This document shows, piece by piece, positions 48,310 to 57,773 of a stretch of DNA of 64,000 nucleotides (position 1 is the stretch's first letter; each line of letters opens with the position of its first letter). The notes beneath the pieces are model-generated. The model searched no databases. It saw only the letters and a program-made list of their open reading frames with translations, and had not been told where the DNA came from. Where the stretch lies: assembly GCA_017476265.1 (NCBI GenBank), contig JAFVAC010000002.1, positions 2,344 through 66,343 on the forward strand. The letters run 5' to 3'. The stretch comes from Clostridia bacterium. GTDB lineage: Bacteria > Bacillota > Clostridia > Christensenellales > DTU072. A program made the translations under genes and the position numbers.

Positions 48310-50448
48310 ATGAAGAAAAAAATTATTTTAGCTGTAGTTGTTTTGGCAGTATCCGTTTGCGTCTTGTGCGCTTGCACGACGGACGCAAATATGCTGAAAA
48401 CAGGAGAGAACGACTCGTTTTTATACTCCACCTTAGCTTCTTTACAGAATGACTGGGATCTTTCGACTGAAGATTCTTACTCGATCAGTAATGTTTTTTC
48501 TTTAGAAGATAATGCACTGGTCATAAATACCGCTTCCTCAGGATGGGCTAAAGCGGAACAAGAAGTGGAGTTAAAAGCCAATAGTTTTTATTTGGTTGAG
48601 TATCATTACAGTGCGACTACATTTACTTCTTATGGGGATAAAGGGTATGACGGATTGTATATTTCTTTCCGGGAAGACGATGATTTTAACTCGGGGGATA
48701 ACGAAGTTCATCATCGTTCTGCCAATAGTGGGACGGTCGGTAAATTTTACTTCCGCTCGAATTCTTCCGGAATGGCTACTTTTACAATTAACGTCGGTTC
48801 GGAAGAATATCCCGTTAAAGTCAGTGAGGTAAAAATATCCGATATCAAACTGATCAAAGTTACCGCAGCGCAAGTCGAGTCCGACAATGCTTCATACTTT
48901 GTTTATGAGAGCGATTACTATGGTGTGCCCGGACCGCAAAATGTCGTGTGGGTCGTTCTTGGCGGCATCGCTGTTTTACTCTTGGGGTACATTGCATATG
49001 TGCTCTTCCGCAGAAACCTTGTGAAGAATCAAGAATATAAAAGCAAGTTTTTGCAAAAAATCAGAGACAGCAAATATTTGGGTATTTTTTTGGTTGGTGC
49101 GGTGGCGATTATAATTCGTTTGATGATTGACCTTTTGACCACATTCTTAGCAGGTGCAAAAACGTACTCTTCTTTAGGGTATACTGTGGAAGGATTTGCT
49201 TCTCAAGCACTGTTTATCGGTAGATATGGAACTGTATATTTGAGCGAGTCTTTGGCTAGATTTTGTACGGATAACGGTTTTACCTACATGGCTGTCGGCA
49301 GCAATCCCATACTCTTGTATTTGCTCGGTTCGATTGGTCTTATCAGCAGAATATTTGATCCGGGTAGTCAGTACCTTGCCGCGACTTTCCTTGTGAAACT
49401 CCTGGCGTCGATAGCCGATATAGGTACGGCGGTTCTTATTTTTGCACTTATCAAAAAGCATGCCGGGAACGTCGGTGCTTCGATCATTTCGTTGCTTTAT
49501 GTTGCGTTGCCTACCGTATTTGGATTAAGTGCGCTTTGGGGCTTTGCCGAGAGCATTACGGTATTCTTTATCGTGCTAAGCGTTTACTTTATGCTCAAGA
49601 ACAATTATTATGGCGTGTCGATTTCCTACTTTGTAGCGTTCTTGTGTTCTTATTCGGCATTGATTTTCGCTCCGATCGTTATCTTCTACTCGATCCAACA
49701 GGCGATCAATCAGCCCAAACTGCGAATCGCTGCACCGGTTGCGTTTGTAACGGGCTTCATATTGTTCTATTTGTTGAACTTGCCGTTCGATATTCGTTCG
49801 GTAAGCAGTGGAAGTCCCTTTGTTTGCGTGACGAATTATTGGAATGCTATCTTCCATAATTTACTGTATACTCGGAATGCATTTAATTTCCAGGCACTAT
49901 TGGGCAACAACTTCGGAGAAGTCACCAATGAGTCGTTGATCGTTACTATCGTTTTCGTTGTATTTATGTTGGCTCTGGTCGGCTTTGGGTACTTCAAAAA
50001 TAAGAACAGAATGAACCTTCTGTTGTTGGGGACGGCCTTCATCAATATGTACTACATGTTTGCCAACAACATGACTCCGGAAGTGATGGCAATGAGTTTG
50101 GCTTTGATGTTGATCTATGCGATCATGGCTAAAGACAGAAGGATTTATTTCGCCTTTGTATGCTATGCCGCTATCAGTTTCGTCAATCTCTCAATCGGCG
50201 AGCTTCTGTATGCGTATACTACTACCGGTATTTATAGAATTGCATATGATACCGCAACGATTTACGTTTTCAGCGCACTTGCCTTGTTAGTGACTCTGTT
50301 GTATATCTATTTTACTTATGAAGCTGTCGTAAGTAAAAATGTAAAGAAGATACAACCGATGCCCATGAACTATCTGAACTGGTGCAAGAGCGTCTTGCTC
50401 AAAGTTCGTAGATCTTACTACAAACTGCGCAATAGGAGAGCCAAATAA
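48310..50448 (+). CDS. large polytopic membrane protein with lipoprotein-type signal and beta-rich N-terminal ectodomain (possible GT-C type glycosyltransferase)
   Basis: MKKKIILAVVVLAVSVCVLCAC lipobox, an ectodomain of about 200 aa, then at least 12 hydrophobic helices. ATG 48310 was chosen because the longer ORF start at 48220 overlaps the rplS terminator. Confidence 0.55.
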   Translation: MKKKIILAVVVLAVSVCVLCACTTDANMLKTGENDSFLYSTLASLQNDWDLSTEDSYSISNVFSLEDNALVINTASSGWAKAEQEVELKANSFYLVEYHYSATTFTSYGDKGYDGLYISFREDDDFNSGDNEVHHRSANSGTVGKFYFRSNSSGMATFTINVGSEEYPVKVSEVKISDIKLIKVTAAQVESDNASYFVYESDYYGVPGPQNVVWVVLGGIAVLLLGYIAYVLFRRNLVKNQEYKSKFLQKIRDSKYLGIFLVGAVAIIIRLMIDLLTTFLAGAKTYSSLGYTVEGFASQALFIGRYGTVYLSESLARFCTDNGFTYMAVGSNPILLYLLGSIGLISRIFDPGSQYLAATFLVKLLASIADIGTAVLIFALIKKHAGNVGASIISLLYVALPTVFGLSALWGFAESITVFFIVLSVYFMLKNNYYGVSISYFVAFLCSYSALIFAPIVIFYSIQQAINQPKLRIAAPVAFVTGFILFYLLNLPFDIRSVSSGSPFVCVTNYWNAIFHNLLYTRNAFNFQALLGNNFGEVTNESLIVTIVFVVFMLALVGFGYFKNKNRMNLLLLGTAFINMYYMFANNMTPEVMAMSLALMLIYAIMAKDRRIYFAFVCYAAISFVNLSIGELLYAYTTTGIYRIAYDTATIYVFSALALLVTLLYIYFTYEAVVSKNVKKIQPMPMNYLNWCKSVLLKVRRSYYKLRNRRAK

Positions 50449-50470
50449 TAGGTATTGACAAATAAAGAAT

Positions 50471-50498
50471 AAGCGCACCCCACGATGGGTGCGCTTTT
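50471..50498. terminator. bidirectional terminator
   Basis: AAGCGCACCC-CACGAT-GGGTGCGCTTTT between convergent genes. Confidence 0.7.
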
Positions 50499-50520
50499 CA
50501 TATTCTAAAGAGAAAAAGCA

Positions 50521-51717
50521 TTAAATAAGTATCATTTTTCTATTGGTGTAATCGTTTCGATTAATCATATTAAGGACTCCTTGCGCTTTAAAATCCAATT
50601 TTATATAGGGGCGTAATCTTTTGTCTACTTTTTCTATATCGGAATATTTAACCAGCACATTTACTTCGTTGGCATTTAATTCGGCCAAAATGTCTTTCCG
50701 ATCTTTTTTCATAGCTAAGACAAATATATAAGGCGGAAGATTTTTTGACTCATCAAAGAAGTCTTGTGTTATATCAAATAAAACGTATAGAGAGATTCGT
50801 TTTAATCTTGCCATTGTGTATCTTTTCGTTTTGGCGTTTTCAAGAAACTGTTCGTACGTTACGGCGCTGAGCGCGGCGAGTTTTATACGATTGTGGAGTC
50901 CTCCGATCACGTCATAATACTTTTCCAAATCATATCCGCTTATATCTTTTATCTTGAAGAGACAAAGATCGCCTAGGGGAGTGCCTCCTATTTTAACAGA
51001 TCGGAGATGATTATAACATAAATCCGGAACCGCTTTTTTGACCTCTTCGAGTTTTCCGACGGCTACAGCTTTGCGAATAGCACCGGCGGACGGATACTCG
51101 GAATGAATATCAGTATCATTGTAATTTGAGATGCGTTTAATGGTATGAAGCTTGATCTTGTGTTGCAATCCCATCGATCGAATTGCTTGTATATAGCAAA
51201 CGGCAAGAGTATTGTTGGCACCATCCAAAATGGCGGAAATATCGGTAAATTCGGGATTGAGCTTAGCGTATTCACTAAGTGCCAAACTTCTTGCTTTTGG
51301 GTAAGAAAGGCCTTGTGAAAGGAATTGACTCAGGCATTGTTTGTATTGTTCCGGTTCATTGCTCAAGAAATCCGCGGTTTTTTCGAGTAGAGCAATATCT
51401 CCACATTCGCTCCCAAAACTTAAATATTCGATCCCGGGCAAGTTTGAAATTAGTCTTATAGCACCGAACGCAAAGTTATCCGCAGGAGATATGGAGTAGA
51501 TAAGAGGAAGTTCAACAACCATATCGGCCCCCATGCGGACAGCAATTTCGGCTCGGTCATATTTATCCAGAACGGCGGCATCGCCTCTTTGAGTAAAGCT
51601 TCCGCTCATCACACAGATCACAGTATCTGCGTTCGTATCCGACTTGGCTACAGTCAGATGATGTAAATGACCATTTGTAAAAGGGTTATATTCGCATATT
51701 ATTGCAACAGTTTTCAT
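50521..51717 (-). CDS. tmcAL: tRNA(Met) cytidine acetate ligase TmcAL (UPF0348/YlbM nucleotidyltransferase)
   Basis: ICEYNPFTNGHLHHL HIGH-type motif; about 400 aa. ATG 51717 sits 7 nt after AGGAAGG. Confidence 0.8.
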   Translation of the reverse strand: MKTVAIICEYNPFTNGHLHHLTVAKSDTNADTVICVMSGSFTQRGDAAVLDKYDRAEIAVRMGADMVVELPLIYSISPADNFAFGAIRLISNLPGIEYLSFGSECGDIALLEKTADFLSNEPEQYKQCLSQFLSQGLSYPKARSLALSEYAKLNPEFTDISAILDGANNTLAVCYIQAIRSMGLQHKIKLHTIKRISNYNDTDIHSEYPSAGAIRKAVAVGKLEEVKKAVPDLCYNHLRSVKIGGTPLGDLCLFKIKDISGYDLEKYYDVIGGLHNRIKLAALSAVTYEQFLENAKTKRYTMARLKRISLYVLFDITQDFFDESKNLPPYIFVLAMKKDRKDILAELNANEVNVLVKYSDIEKVDKRLRPYIKLDFKAQGVLNMINRNDYTNRKMILI

Positions 51718-51839
51718 AAACACCTTCCTAATTTTTTTATACGCTTGATTTATTCTTAAGAAAGAGTATAATTATTTAAGGAATATTTACATTATAGTAT
51801 ACTCCAACCAAAAAATAAAGTAAAAAACGGAGGCTCAAA

Positions 51840-52841
51840 GTGTCAAAACTAATGGATGAAGTGTATGTTAAAGCGATTTCTTTGAAAAAACATATTGTTC
51901 TTGCCGAAGGGGAAGAACTTCGTATCATTAACGCAGCGAAGAAAATCGTAGAAAAAAATATTGCTCGGATCACTCTGATTGGTAGACAATCCGTGATTGA
52001 AGAAAAAGCAGGCAAATTAGAGGGTATAGCAATCATTGATCCCGCAAAAAGCGAAAAGACTCCCATTTATGCTAATTTGTTGTATGACCTCAGAAAAGCT
52101 AAAGGTATGACGCAAGAACAGGCCGAGAATTTGGCTTTGCACAATCCTCTTTATTTTGGAGCTTTGATGGTCAAAAACGGAGACGCCGACGGTATGGTTG
52201 CCGGCTCGATCAGCGCAACGGGCGACGTGTTACGTCCCGCACTTCAAATCATTAAGACCAAACCCGGAGTTAATACGGTGTCCAGTTGCTTTGTGATGAG
52301 TATGCCCGAAAATTCCGTGGGAGCGACTTATGGGCAAAAGGGCGTATTGGTTTTCGGAGATTGCGCCGTCAATCCGAATCCTACCGCCGAACAGCTTGCC
52401 GACATAGCGATTGCCAGTGCTGATAGTGCAGCTAAAATTGCCGGAATCAAAAATCCCAAAGTTGCGTTGCTCAGCTTCTCTACGAAGGGTAGCGCGAAGC
52501 ACGAATTAGTAACCAAAGTGGCTGAAGCGACAAAAATCGTTCACGAAAAGGCTCCGGACTTGTGTTGTGATGGTGAATTGCAAGCGGACGCTGCTCTTAT
52601 TGAGAGCGTAGGTGCGTTGAAAGCGCCCGGAAGCTCTGTCGCAGGGAAAGCGAACGTTCTGATTTTCCCAGACCTTCAAGCGGGGAATATCGGCTACAAG
52701 CTCGTTCAACGTCTTGCCGGGGCAGAAGCAGTAGGGCCTATTTGCCAAGGCTTTGCACGTCCGGTTAACGATCTCAGCCGCGGTTGTTCGGTAGACGATG
52801 TAGTAGGTGTCGTGGCTATGACGGCTCTGCAATGTGAATAA
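51840..52841 (+). CDS. pta: phosphate acetyltransferase
   Basis: [14 protein letters not shown] and [17 protein letters not shown]. It lies upstream of ackA. GTG start. Confidence 0.93.
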   Translation: MSKLMDEVYVKAISLKKHIVLAEGEELRIINAAKKIVEKNIARITLIGRQSVIEEKAGKLEGIAIIDPAKSEKTPIYANLLYDLRKAKGMTQEQAENLALHNPLYFGALMVKNGDADGMVAGSISATGDVLRPALQIIKTKPGVNTVSSCFVMSMPENSVGATYGQKGVLVFGDCAVNPNPTAEQLADIAIASADSAAKIAGIKNPKVALLSFSTKGSAKHELVTKVAEATKIVHEKAPDLCCDGELQADAALIESVGALKAPGSSVAGKANVLIFPDLQAGNIGYKLVQRLAGAEAVGPICQGFARPVNDLSRGCSVDDVVGVVAMTALQCE

Positions 52842-52855
52842 TAAGGAGACAAAGG

Positions 52856-54055
52856 ATGAAAGTATTAGTTATTAACGCAGGTAGTTCTTCACTGAAGTAT
52901 CAGGTCATTGATATGGATAATGAGCAGATGCTATGCAAAGGGTTGGTTGAGCGTATAGGAGACAGCACAAGGAGCAACATTTGCCACGAAAAAGTCGGAA
53001 TGGACAAAAAAAAGAGTGTTCAACCGATTATGGATCATACGGAGGCCCTTCGCTGTGTGCTTTCGGTATTAGTAGATCGTGAGTATGGCGTCATAAGTGA
53101 CGTATCCGAAATATCCGCAGTCGGACATAGAGTTCTACATTCCGGCGAAGACTTTACTGAGAGTGTGGTGATCAATGACGAGGTCATTGCCATATGCAAA
53201 AAGAATGCTGTTCTTGGACCGTTGCATATGCCTGCTAATATATCGTGTATTGAGTCTTGCAAAGAGGTTATGCCCGGCACGCCGATGGTCGCCGTATTTG
53301 ACACGGGTTTTCATTTGACAATGCCACAATATGCCTACATGTACGCCATCCCTTATGAAGACTACGAAAAGCTTAAAATACGCAAATATGGTTTTCATGG
53401 GACCAGCCACAAGTTTGTCAGCGGTGTGGCGAGAGAGTATTTGGGTGAGGAGAATTCTGCTCGGATCATTACTTGTCACTTGGGCAACGGCAGCTCTTTA
53501 GCAGCGGTTAAGGATGGAAAATGTATTGATACATCTATGGGCTTAACTCCGTTGGAAGGCCTGGTAATGGGTACAAGATCGGGTGACGTCGATCCTGCGG
53601 TTGTAGAATTTATGGCAAATTCGAAGAAAAAAACAGCCTCTGAAGTTTTGACAATCCTCAATAAAGAAAGTGGGTTTTTGGGGATCGCAGGCGAGTCGGA
53701 TTTTCGTGAAATTACACGAATGGCAGGCGAAGGAAATGAACGGGCTCAACTAGCTTTGGAGATGTTCGGATATCGGGTCCGGAAATACATAGGTAGCTAT
53801 TATCTCGCGTTAGGCGGGTTAGATTGCTTGGTCTTTACCGGCGGCATCGGTGAAAACAGTGCGATAGGAAGAGCCGAAGTTATGAAAGGACTTGAGACGA
53901 TCGGAATAGAGTTTGACTATAAAAAGAACCAAAAGTTTGATAGAGCGGCTGTTGTAGAAATGTCTAAGCCAAACAGCAAAGTTAAAGTATTGGTAATTCC
54001 GACGAATGAAGAACTGGTTATTGCCAGAGACGCGGTTCGCTTAACAACAAAATAG
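52856..54055 (+). CDS. ackA: acetate kinase
   Basis: MKVLVINAGSSSLKYQ, GHRVLHSG and GFHGTSH. Confidence 0.96.
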   Translation: MKVLVINAGSSSLKYQVIDMDNEQMLCKGLVERIGDSTRSNICHEKVGMDKKKSVQPIMDHTEALRCVLSVLVDREYGVISDVSEISAVGHRVLHSGEDFTESVVINDEVIAICKKNAVLGPLHMPANISCIESCKEVMPGTPMVAVFDTGFHLTMPQYAYMYAIPYEDYEKLKIRKYGFHGTSHKFVSGVAREYLGEENSARIITCHLGNGSSLAAVKDGKCIDTSMGLTPLEGLVMGTRSGDVDPAVVEFMANSKKKTASEVLTILNKESGFLGIAGESDFREITRMAGEGNERAQLALEMFGYRVRKYIGSYYLALGGLDCLVFTGGIGENSAIGRAEVMKGLETIGIEFDYKKNQKFDRAAVVEMSKPNSKVKVLVIPTNEELVIARDAVRLTTK

Positions 54056-54085
54056 GAGTGATTCTGGCTTTTTGTCTATAATCAG

Positions 54086-54114
54086 TTGACAAAAGAAGAT
54101 TATTTCTTTATAAT
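54086..54114 (+). promoter_or_regulatory. sigma-A type promoter (rpmF)
   Basis: TTGACA, 17-nt spacer, TATAAT. Confidence 0.55.
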
Positions 54115-54149
54115 GTACAAGCAAAGTTAAAAAACAATGGAGGTGCGAA

Positions 54150-54335
54150 ATGGCAGTACCCAAGCGTAAAGTATCTAAACAAAGAGGCAACAAGCGTTTT
54201 GCCAACTGGAAGTTGGCGCCCCTTAATTTGTCCGAATGCCCGCAGTGCCATGAGCTTAAGAAAAGCCATGAGGTATGTCCCAATTGCGGCTACTACAATG
54301 GAAAGCCCATCGTAGATAAGAGCGACAAGGAGTAA
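54150..54335 (+). CDS. rpmF: 50S ribosomal protein L32
   Basis: MAVPKRKVSKQRGNKR and a zinc ribbon CPQC..CPNC. Confidence 0.95.
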   Translation: MAVPKRKVSKQRGNKRFANWKLAPLNLSECPQCHELKKSHEVCPNCGYYNGKPIVDKSDKE

Positions 54336-54364
54336 GCGGTATCTATTTGTTTCAGTAATTGAAG

Positions 54365-54391
54365 TAGAGGAATTTTATTCCTCTATTTCTT
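54365..54391 (+). terminator. rho-independent terminator
   Basis: TAGAGGAA-TTTTA-TTCCTCTATTTCTT. Confidence 0.6.
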
Positions 54392-54409
54392 GTATAAAAA
54401 AGGTGTTAT

Positions 54410-55408
54410 ATGAAGATAGTATTGGATGTGTTCGGCGGGGACAATTCTCCCGCAGAGATTTTGAAGGGTGCACAAGAGGCACTTGCTGAATCTACTGGTT
54501 TTTCTTTGGTTTTGGTTGGGGATAAAAAGGTTATTCAACAATTCGTTGAGGAAAATGGCCTTGATGTTTCAAGAGTTGAAATCGTTGATGCTGAGGAGAT
54601 TATTACCAATGATGATGTCCCGACTGAAGCTATTCGTAATAAAAGGAACTCGTCGATTGTCAAAGGATTGGAGTATTTGAATGACAACGAGGATGCGAAA
54701 GGATTCGTTTCGGCAGGTAGCACCGGAGCTGTTTTGACCGGGGCTGTGTTGTTATTGCGGAGGATCCGGGGGATTAATAGACCGGGGCTTTGTCCGGTTT
54801 TACCGACAGTTACGGATAAAAACGTCGTCTTGATCGATTGTGGCGCGAATGTAGAACCTAAAGCTTTGAATTTACTTCAGTTTGCAAAAATGGGAAGCGC
54901 TTATATGAAGAGCGTCCAAGGAATCGATAACCCTGCGGTCGGGCTTCTAAGCAATGGAACGGAGGACAAAAAGGGTAATTCTTTAACAAAAGAGGCCTTT
55001 CCGATGCTTGAAGAATCTGAATTGAATTTCATCGGGAACATTGAAGCAAGAGATATTCTGTCCGGAGCGGTAGATGTCGTTGTTAGTGACGGTTTTTCCG
55101 GCAACGTCGCCTTAAAATCATGCGAAGGGACCGCTGTAGCGATGTTTAAAATCATTAAAGATGCCATTTTGGCAGGGGGGCTCAGAGCAAAACTTGGATA
55201 CTTGTTATTGAAACCTGTATTCAAAGGGGTAAAACACAGATTGGATTATAATGACAATGGAGGAGCGATCCTCTTGGGTTTGGAAAAAATTGTTGTGAAA
55301 AGCCATGGAAGCAGCAAAGCAAAATCAATCAAAAACTCAATTTTACAAGCGAAGAATTTGATTGAAAAGGATGTTGTCGGCAAGATAAAAGAGGAATTAG
55401 GTGCATAG
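54410..55408 (+). CDS. plsX: phosphate acyltransferase PlsX
   Basis: MKIVLDVFGGDNSP, SAGSTGA and GFSGNVALK. Confidence 0.95.
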   Translation: MKIVLDVFGGDNSPAEILKGAQEALAESTGFSLVLVGDKKVIQQFVEENGLDVSRVEIVDAEEIITNDDVPTEAIRNKRNSSIVKGLEYLNDNEDAKGFVSAGSTGAVLTGAVLLLRRIRGINRPGLCPVLPTVTDKNVVLIDCGANVEPKALNLLQFAKMGSAYMKSVQGIDNPAVGLLSNGTEDKKGNSLTKEAFPMLEESELNFIGNIEARDILSGAVDVVVSDGFSGNVALKSCEGTAVAMFKIIKDAILAGGLRAKLGYLLLKPVFKGVKHRLDYNDNGGAILLGLEKIVVKSHGSSKAKSIKNSILQAKNLIEKDVVGKIKEELGA

Positions 55409-56069
55409 TTCGGATTTGCAGGAAATAGAGCGTATTATTGGGTACACTTTTAAAAACAAAGAACTTCTGATCAGAGCATTCACGCACTCTTCATATGCAA
55501 ACGAACACAAAAATGAAGAGAGCTACGAAAGATTGGAATTTTTAGGTGATGCCGTCGTCAACTATGTTGTTGGCTTATTCTTATATGAGACGTTTCCGAC
55601 TTTCGGAGAGGGTAAGTTATCAAAGATCAGGGCCGGAACGGTCGATAGACAAACGATAGCCGGCGTCGTTGACGACTGTGGTCTAATGAAGTATATGAGG
55701 ACCGGAAGAGGTAGCATTAACCTTCAAAACGGCTTCTCTACAAAAGTTAAATGCGATCTATTTGAATCTATAATCGGTGCGGCGGTTATTGATAATAATG
55801 AGGATCTTACGGTAGCGAAACGCTTAGTGGATCGTTTTTTATCGGATAAAATCAAATTAAATAATACAGACTATAAATCTCTATTGCTTGAACACTGCGC
55901 TAAAACATCAAAGAATGCAGAGTTTATACTTCTAAAAGAGGGGAAGACCGGAGACAATCGGTTTGCGATGGCGTTGTTGATTGACGGTCAAAAAGTATCC
56001 GAAGGGTCCGGGCCCAGCAAAAAGGAAGCGGAAAGAGAAGCCGCAAAGATATACCTAAAAACTTTATAA
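55401..56069 (+). CDS. rnc: ribonuclease III
   Basis: ERLEFLGDAV signature and a C-terminal dsRBD (GPSKKEAEREAA). GTG start overlaps the end of plsX. Confidence 0.94.
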   Translation: MHSSDLQEIERIIGYTFKNKELLIRAFTHSSYANEHKNEESYERLEFLGDAVVNYVVGLFLYETFPTFGEGKLSKIRAGTVDRQTIAGVVDDCGLMKYMRTGRGSINLQNGFSTKVKCDLFESIIGAAVIDNNEDLTVAKRLVDRFLSDKIKLNNTDYKSLLLEHCAKTSKNAEFILLKEGKTGDNRFAMALLIDGQKVSEGSGPSKKEAEREAAKIYLKTL

Positions 56070-56129
56070 AATTTTTTTTACGTTTTCAGCATAAAACACT
56101 TGACAGCGGTTATAATTTGTTATATCATT

Positions 56130-56156
56130 TTAGCAGTCGATGGATAAGATTGCTAA
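56130..56156 (+). promoter_or_regulatory. CIRCE operator (HrcA binding site)
   Basis: TTAGCAGTC-N9-GATTGCTAA compared with the consensus TTAGCACTC-N9-GAGTGCTAA. It lies downstream of a TTGACA at 56100-56105. Confidence 0.8.
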
Positions 56157-56187
56157 CAATGATTCATCGAATCTGCTAAGAGGTGTT

Positions 56188-57234
56188 ATGAAGGCGGATA
56201 AATTATCCGAGCGGAAACAAAAAATATTGAAAGCAGTTGTTGATGAGTACATCAACAACGCTTCTCCTATTTCTTCCGGAGAAATCAAAGCAAAATACTT
56301 TGACGATATCAGTTCCGCTACGATCAGAAACGAGCTTTCCGCATTGGAAGAGATGGGCTATTTGATTCAGCCACATACCTCAGCGGGAAGGATCCCGTCC
56401 AAAGAGGCCTATGCGCTATATGTGGATCGGTTTTTGGACAAACAACCTTTACGCAAAGAAGAGATTGCTCTTATCGAGAATGCCTTTAAGGATAGATTTG
56501 ATGAGATCGAAGACATTGTGCGAAGAACGGCTCGAGTCATCAGTGACGTAACTAATTATACATCGGTAATTGTTTTAAAAAACATCAATAAAGTCGTATT
56601 GAAAGAGATCAAATTAATTGATCTTGATCAGCATACGGTTTTATTAGTGATCATAACGGATAGCGGAATCATACGAGATAAAGTAATAACTCTACGATCG
56701 GATGTCAATTTGGATTATGTCCGCGATGCCAATATTATGTTGAATCGTATATTTGCCGGAAAGACGATCAGTGAGATAAAAATGCCTGACGGTATGATCG
56801 AAGAAAACATGGCTGAGTTTCGTGAGTTATATGAGAGCGTTATCGCGATTTTGGAGAGCTACGCGGAATCGGCGGAAGATACTGTCTATATGGATGGTCA
56901 ATCTAAGTTCTTGGAGTATCCCGAGCACGATCTGAAGACGACCAGAGATTTTTTACAGATTGTCGATACGAAAGAGCGTCTTGCAGAAATCATTGAAGAT
57001 GACACCGATATCGAGTTTTCCGTAAGGATAGGAAAGGATGAAAAAGGCGGCATTGATAAATGTGCTATAGTAACCGCTAAATATATGTTGAATGGAAAAG
57101 AAATAGGACATGCCGGTGTGATTGGACCGGAGCGTATGGACTATTCCAAAGTGATGAGAGTATTGAAGTATATCACAAAGGCTCTCGGGGAGATCGCTGA
57201 CGGAGGGAATAATGACAAAAAAAGAATCGACTGA
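56188..57234 (+). CDS. hrcA: heat-inducible transcription repressor HrcA
   Basis: LSERKQKILKAVVDEYI..PISSGEI. ATG 56188 has an AGAGG SD. The longer ORF start at 56140 lies inside CIRCE. Confidence 0.92.
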   Translation: MKADKLSERKQKILKAVVDEYINNASPISSGEIKAKYFDDISSATIRNELSALEEMGYLIQPHTSAGRIPSKEAYALYVDRFLDKQPLRKEEIALIENAFKDRFDEIEDIVRRTARVISDVTNYTSVIVLKNINKVVLKEIKLIDLDQHTVLLVIITDSGIIRDKVITLRSDVNLDYVRDANIMLNRIFAGKTISEIKMPDGMIEENMAEFRELYESVIAILESYAESAEDTVYMDGQSKFLEYPEHDLKTTRDFLQIVDTKERLAEIIEDDTDIEFSVRIGKDEKGGIDKCAIVTAKYMLNGKEIGHAGVIGPERMDYSKVMRVLKYITKALGEIADGGNNDKKRID

Positions 57235-57745
57235 CAATAAAATCGAAACAAGAGAGGAATCAATCGATTTTGTTGCTGAAGAAACAGATTCCATCGATAA
57301 AGATGAATTTGCACAGCAGCAACTGTCGATAGCGCAAAAGGAAGCAGATGAATACAAAAATCTGGCCCAAAGGGTACAAGCGGAATTTGACAACTACCGA
57401 AAGAGAAATTTGGAATCGACCAAAATTGCAAGAGAAGATGGGAAAGAAGACGTTTTGATGGCTCTACTCCCTGTCCTTGATAATTTTGAGAGAGGGCTAA
57501 ACATAGTAGAAGAAAGTGCAAGAGCTGGGGTCGAATTGATCTATAAACAGACTCTCGCAATTCTCGAGAAATTTGAAGTCAAAGAAATCGAGGCTCTTGG
57601 ACAAGAATTCGATCCCAAGTATCACCATGCGATAGCTCAGTGTGAAGATCCGGACCAAGCGAATATCGTAGTAGAGGTATTCCAAAAAGGATATATCAGA
57701 AAAAATAAAGTGCTCAGACCTTCTTTGGTTAAAGTAGCACAATAA
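57212..57745 (+). CDS. grpE: nucleotide exchange factor GrpE
   Basis: [12 protein letters not shown] and [11 protein letters not shown]. Confidence 0.94.
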   Translation: MTKKESTDNKIETREESIDFVAEETDSIDKDEFAQQQLSIAQKEADEYKNLAQRVQAEFDNYRKRNLESTKIAREDGKEDVLMALLPVLDNFERGLNIVEESARAGVELIYKQTLAILEKFEVKEIEALGQEFDPKYHHAIAQCEDPDQANIVVEVFQKGYIRKNKVLRPSLVKVAQ

Positions 57746-57773
57746 AATAAATATAAAAAGGAGATTATGTATT

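Noticed and set aside
56140-56187. Longer hrcA start at ATG 56140, and similar upstream-extended starts in the ORF track (28694 spoIIIAE, 48220 membrane protein, 6293 ABC ATPase, 18756 rel, 4184 TM1266-like, 31021 spoIIIAH, 35939 LUD).
   Set aside because: The extensions overlap a CIRCE operator, terminators or the preceding gene, and they lack SD sequences. Internal starts with good SDs match the family N-termini.
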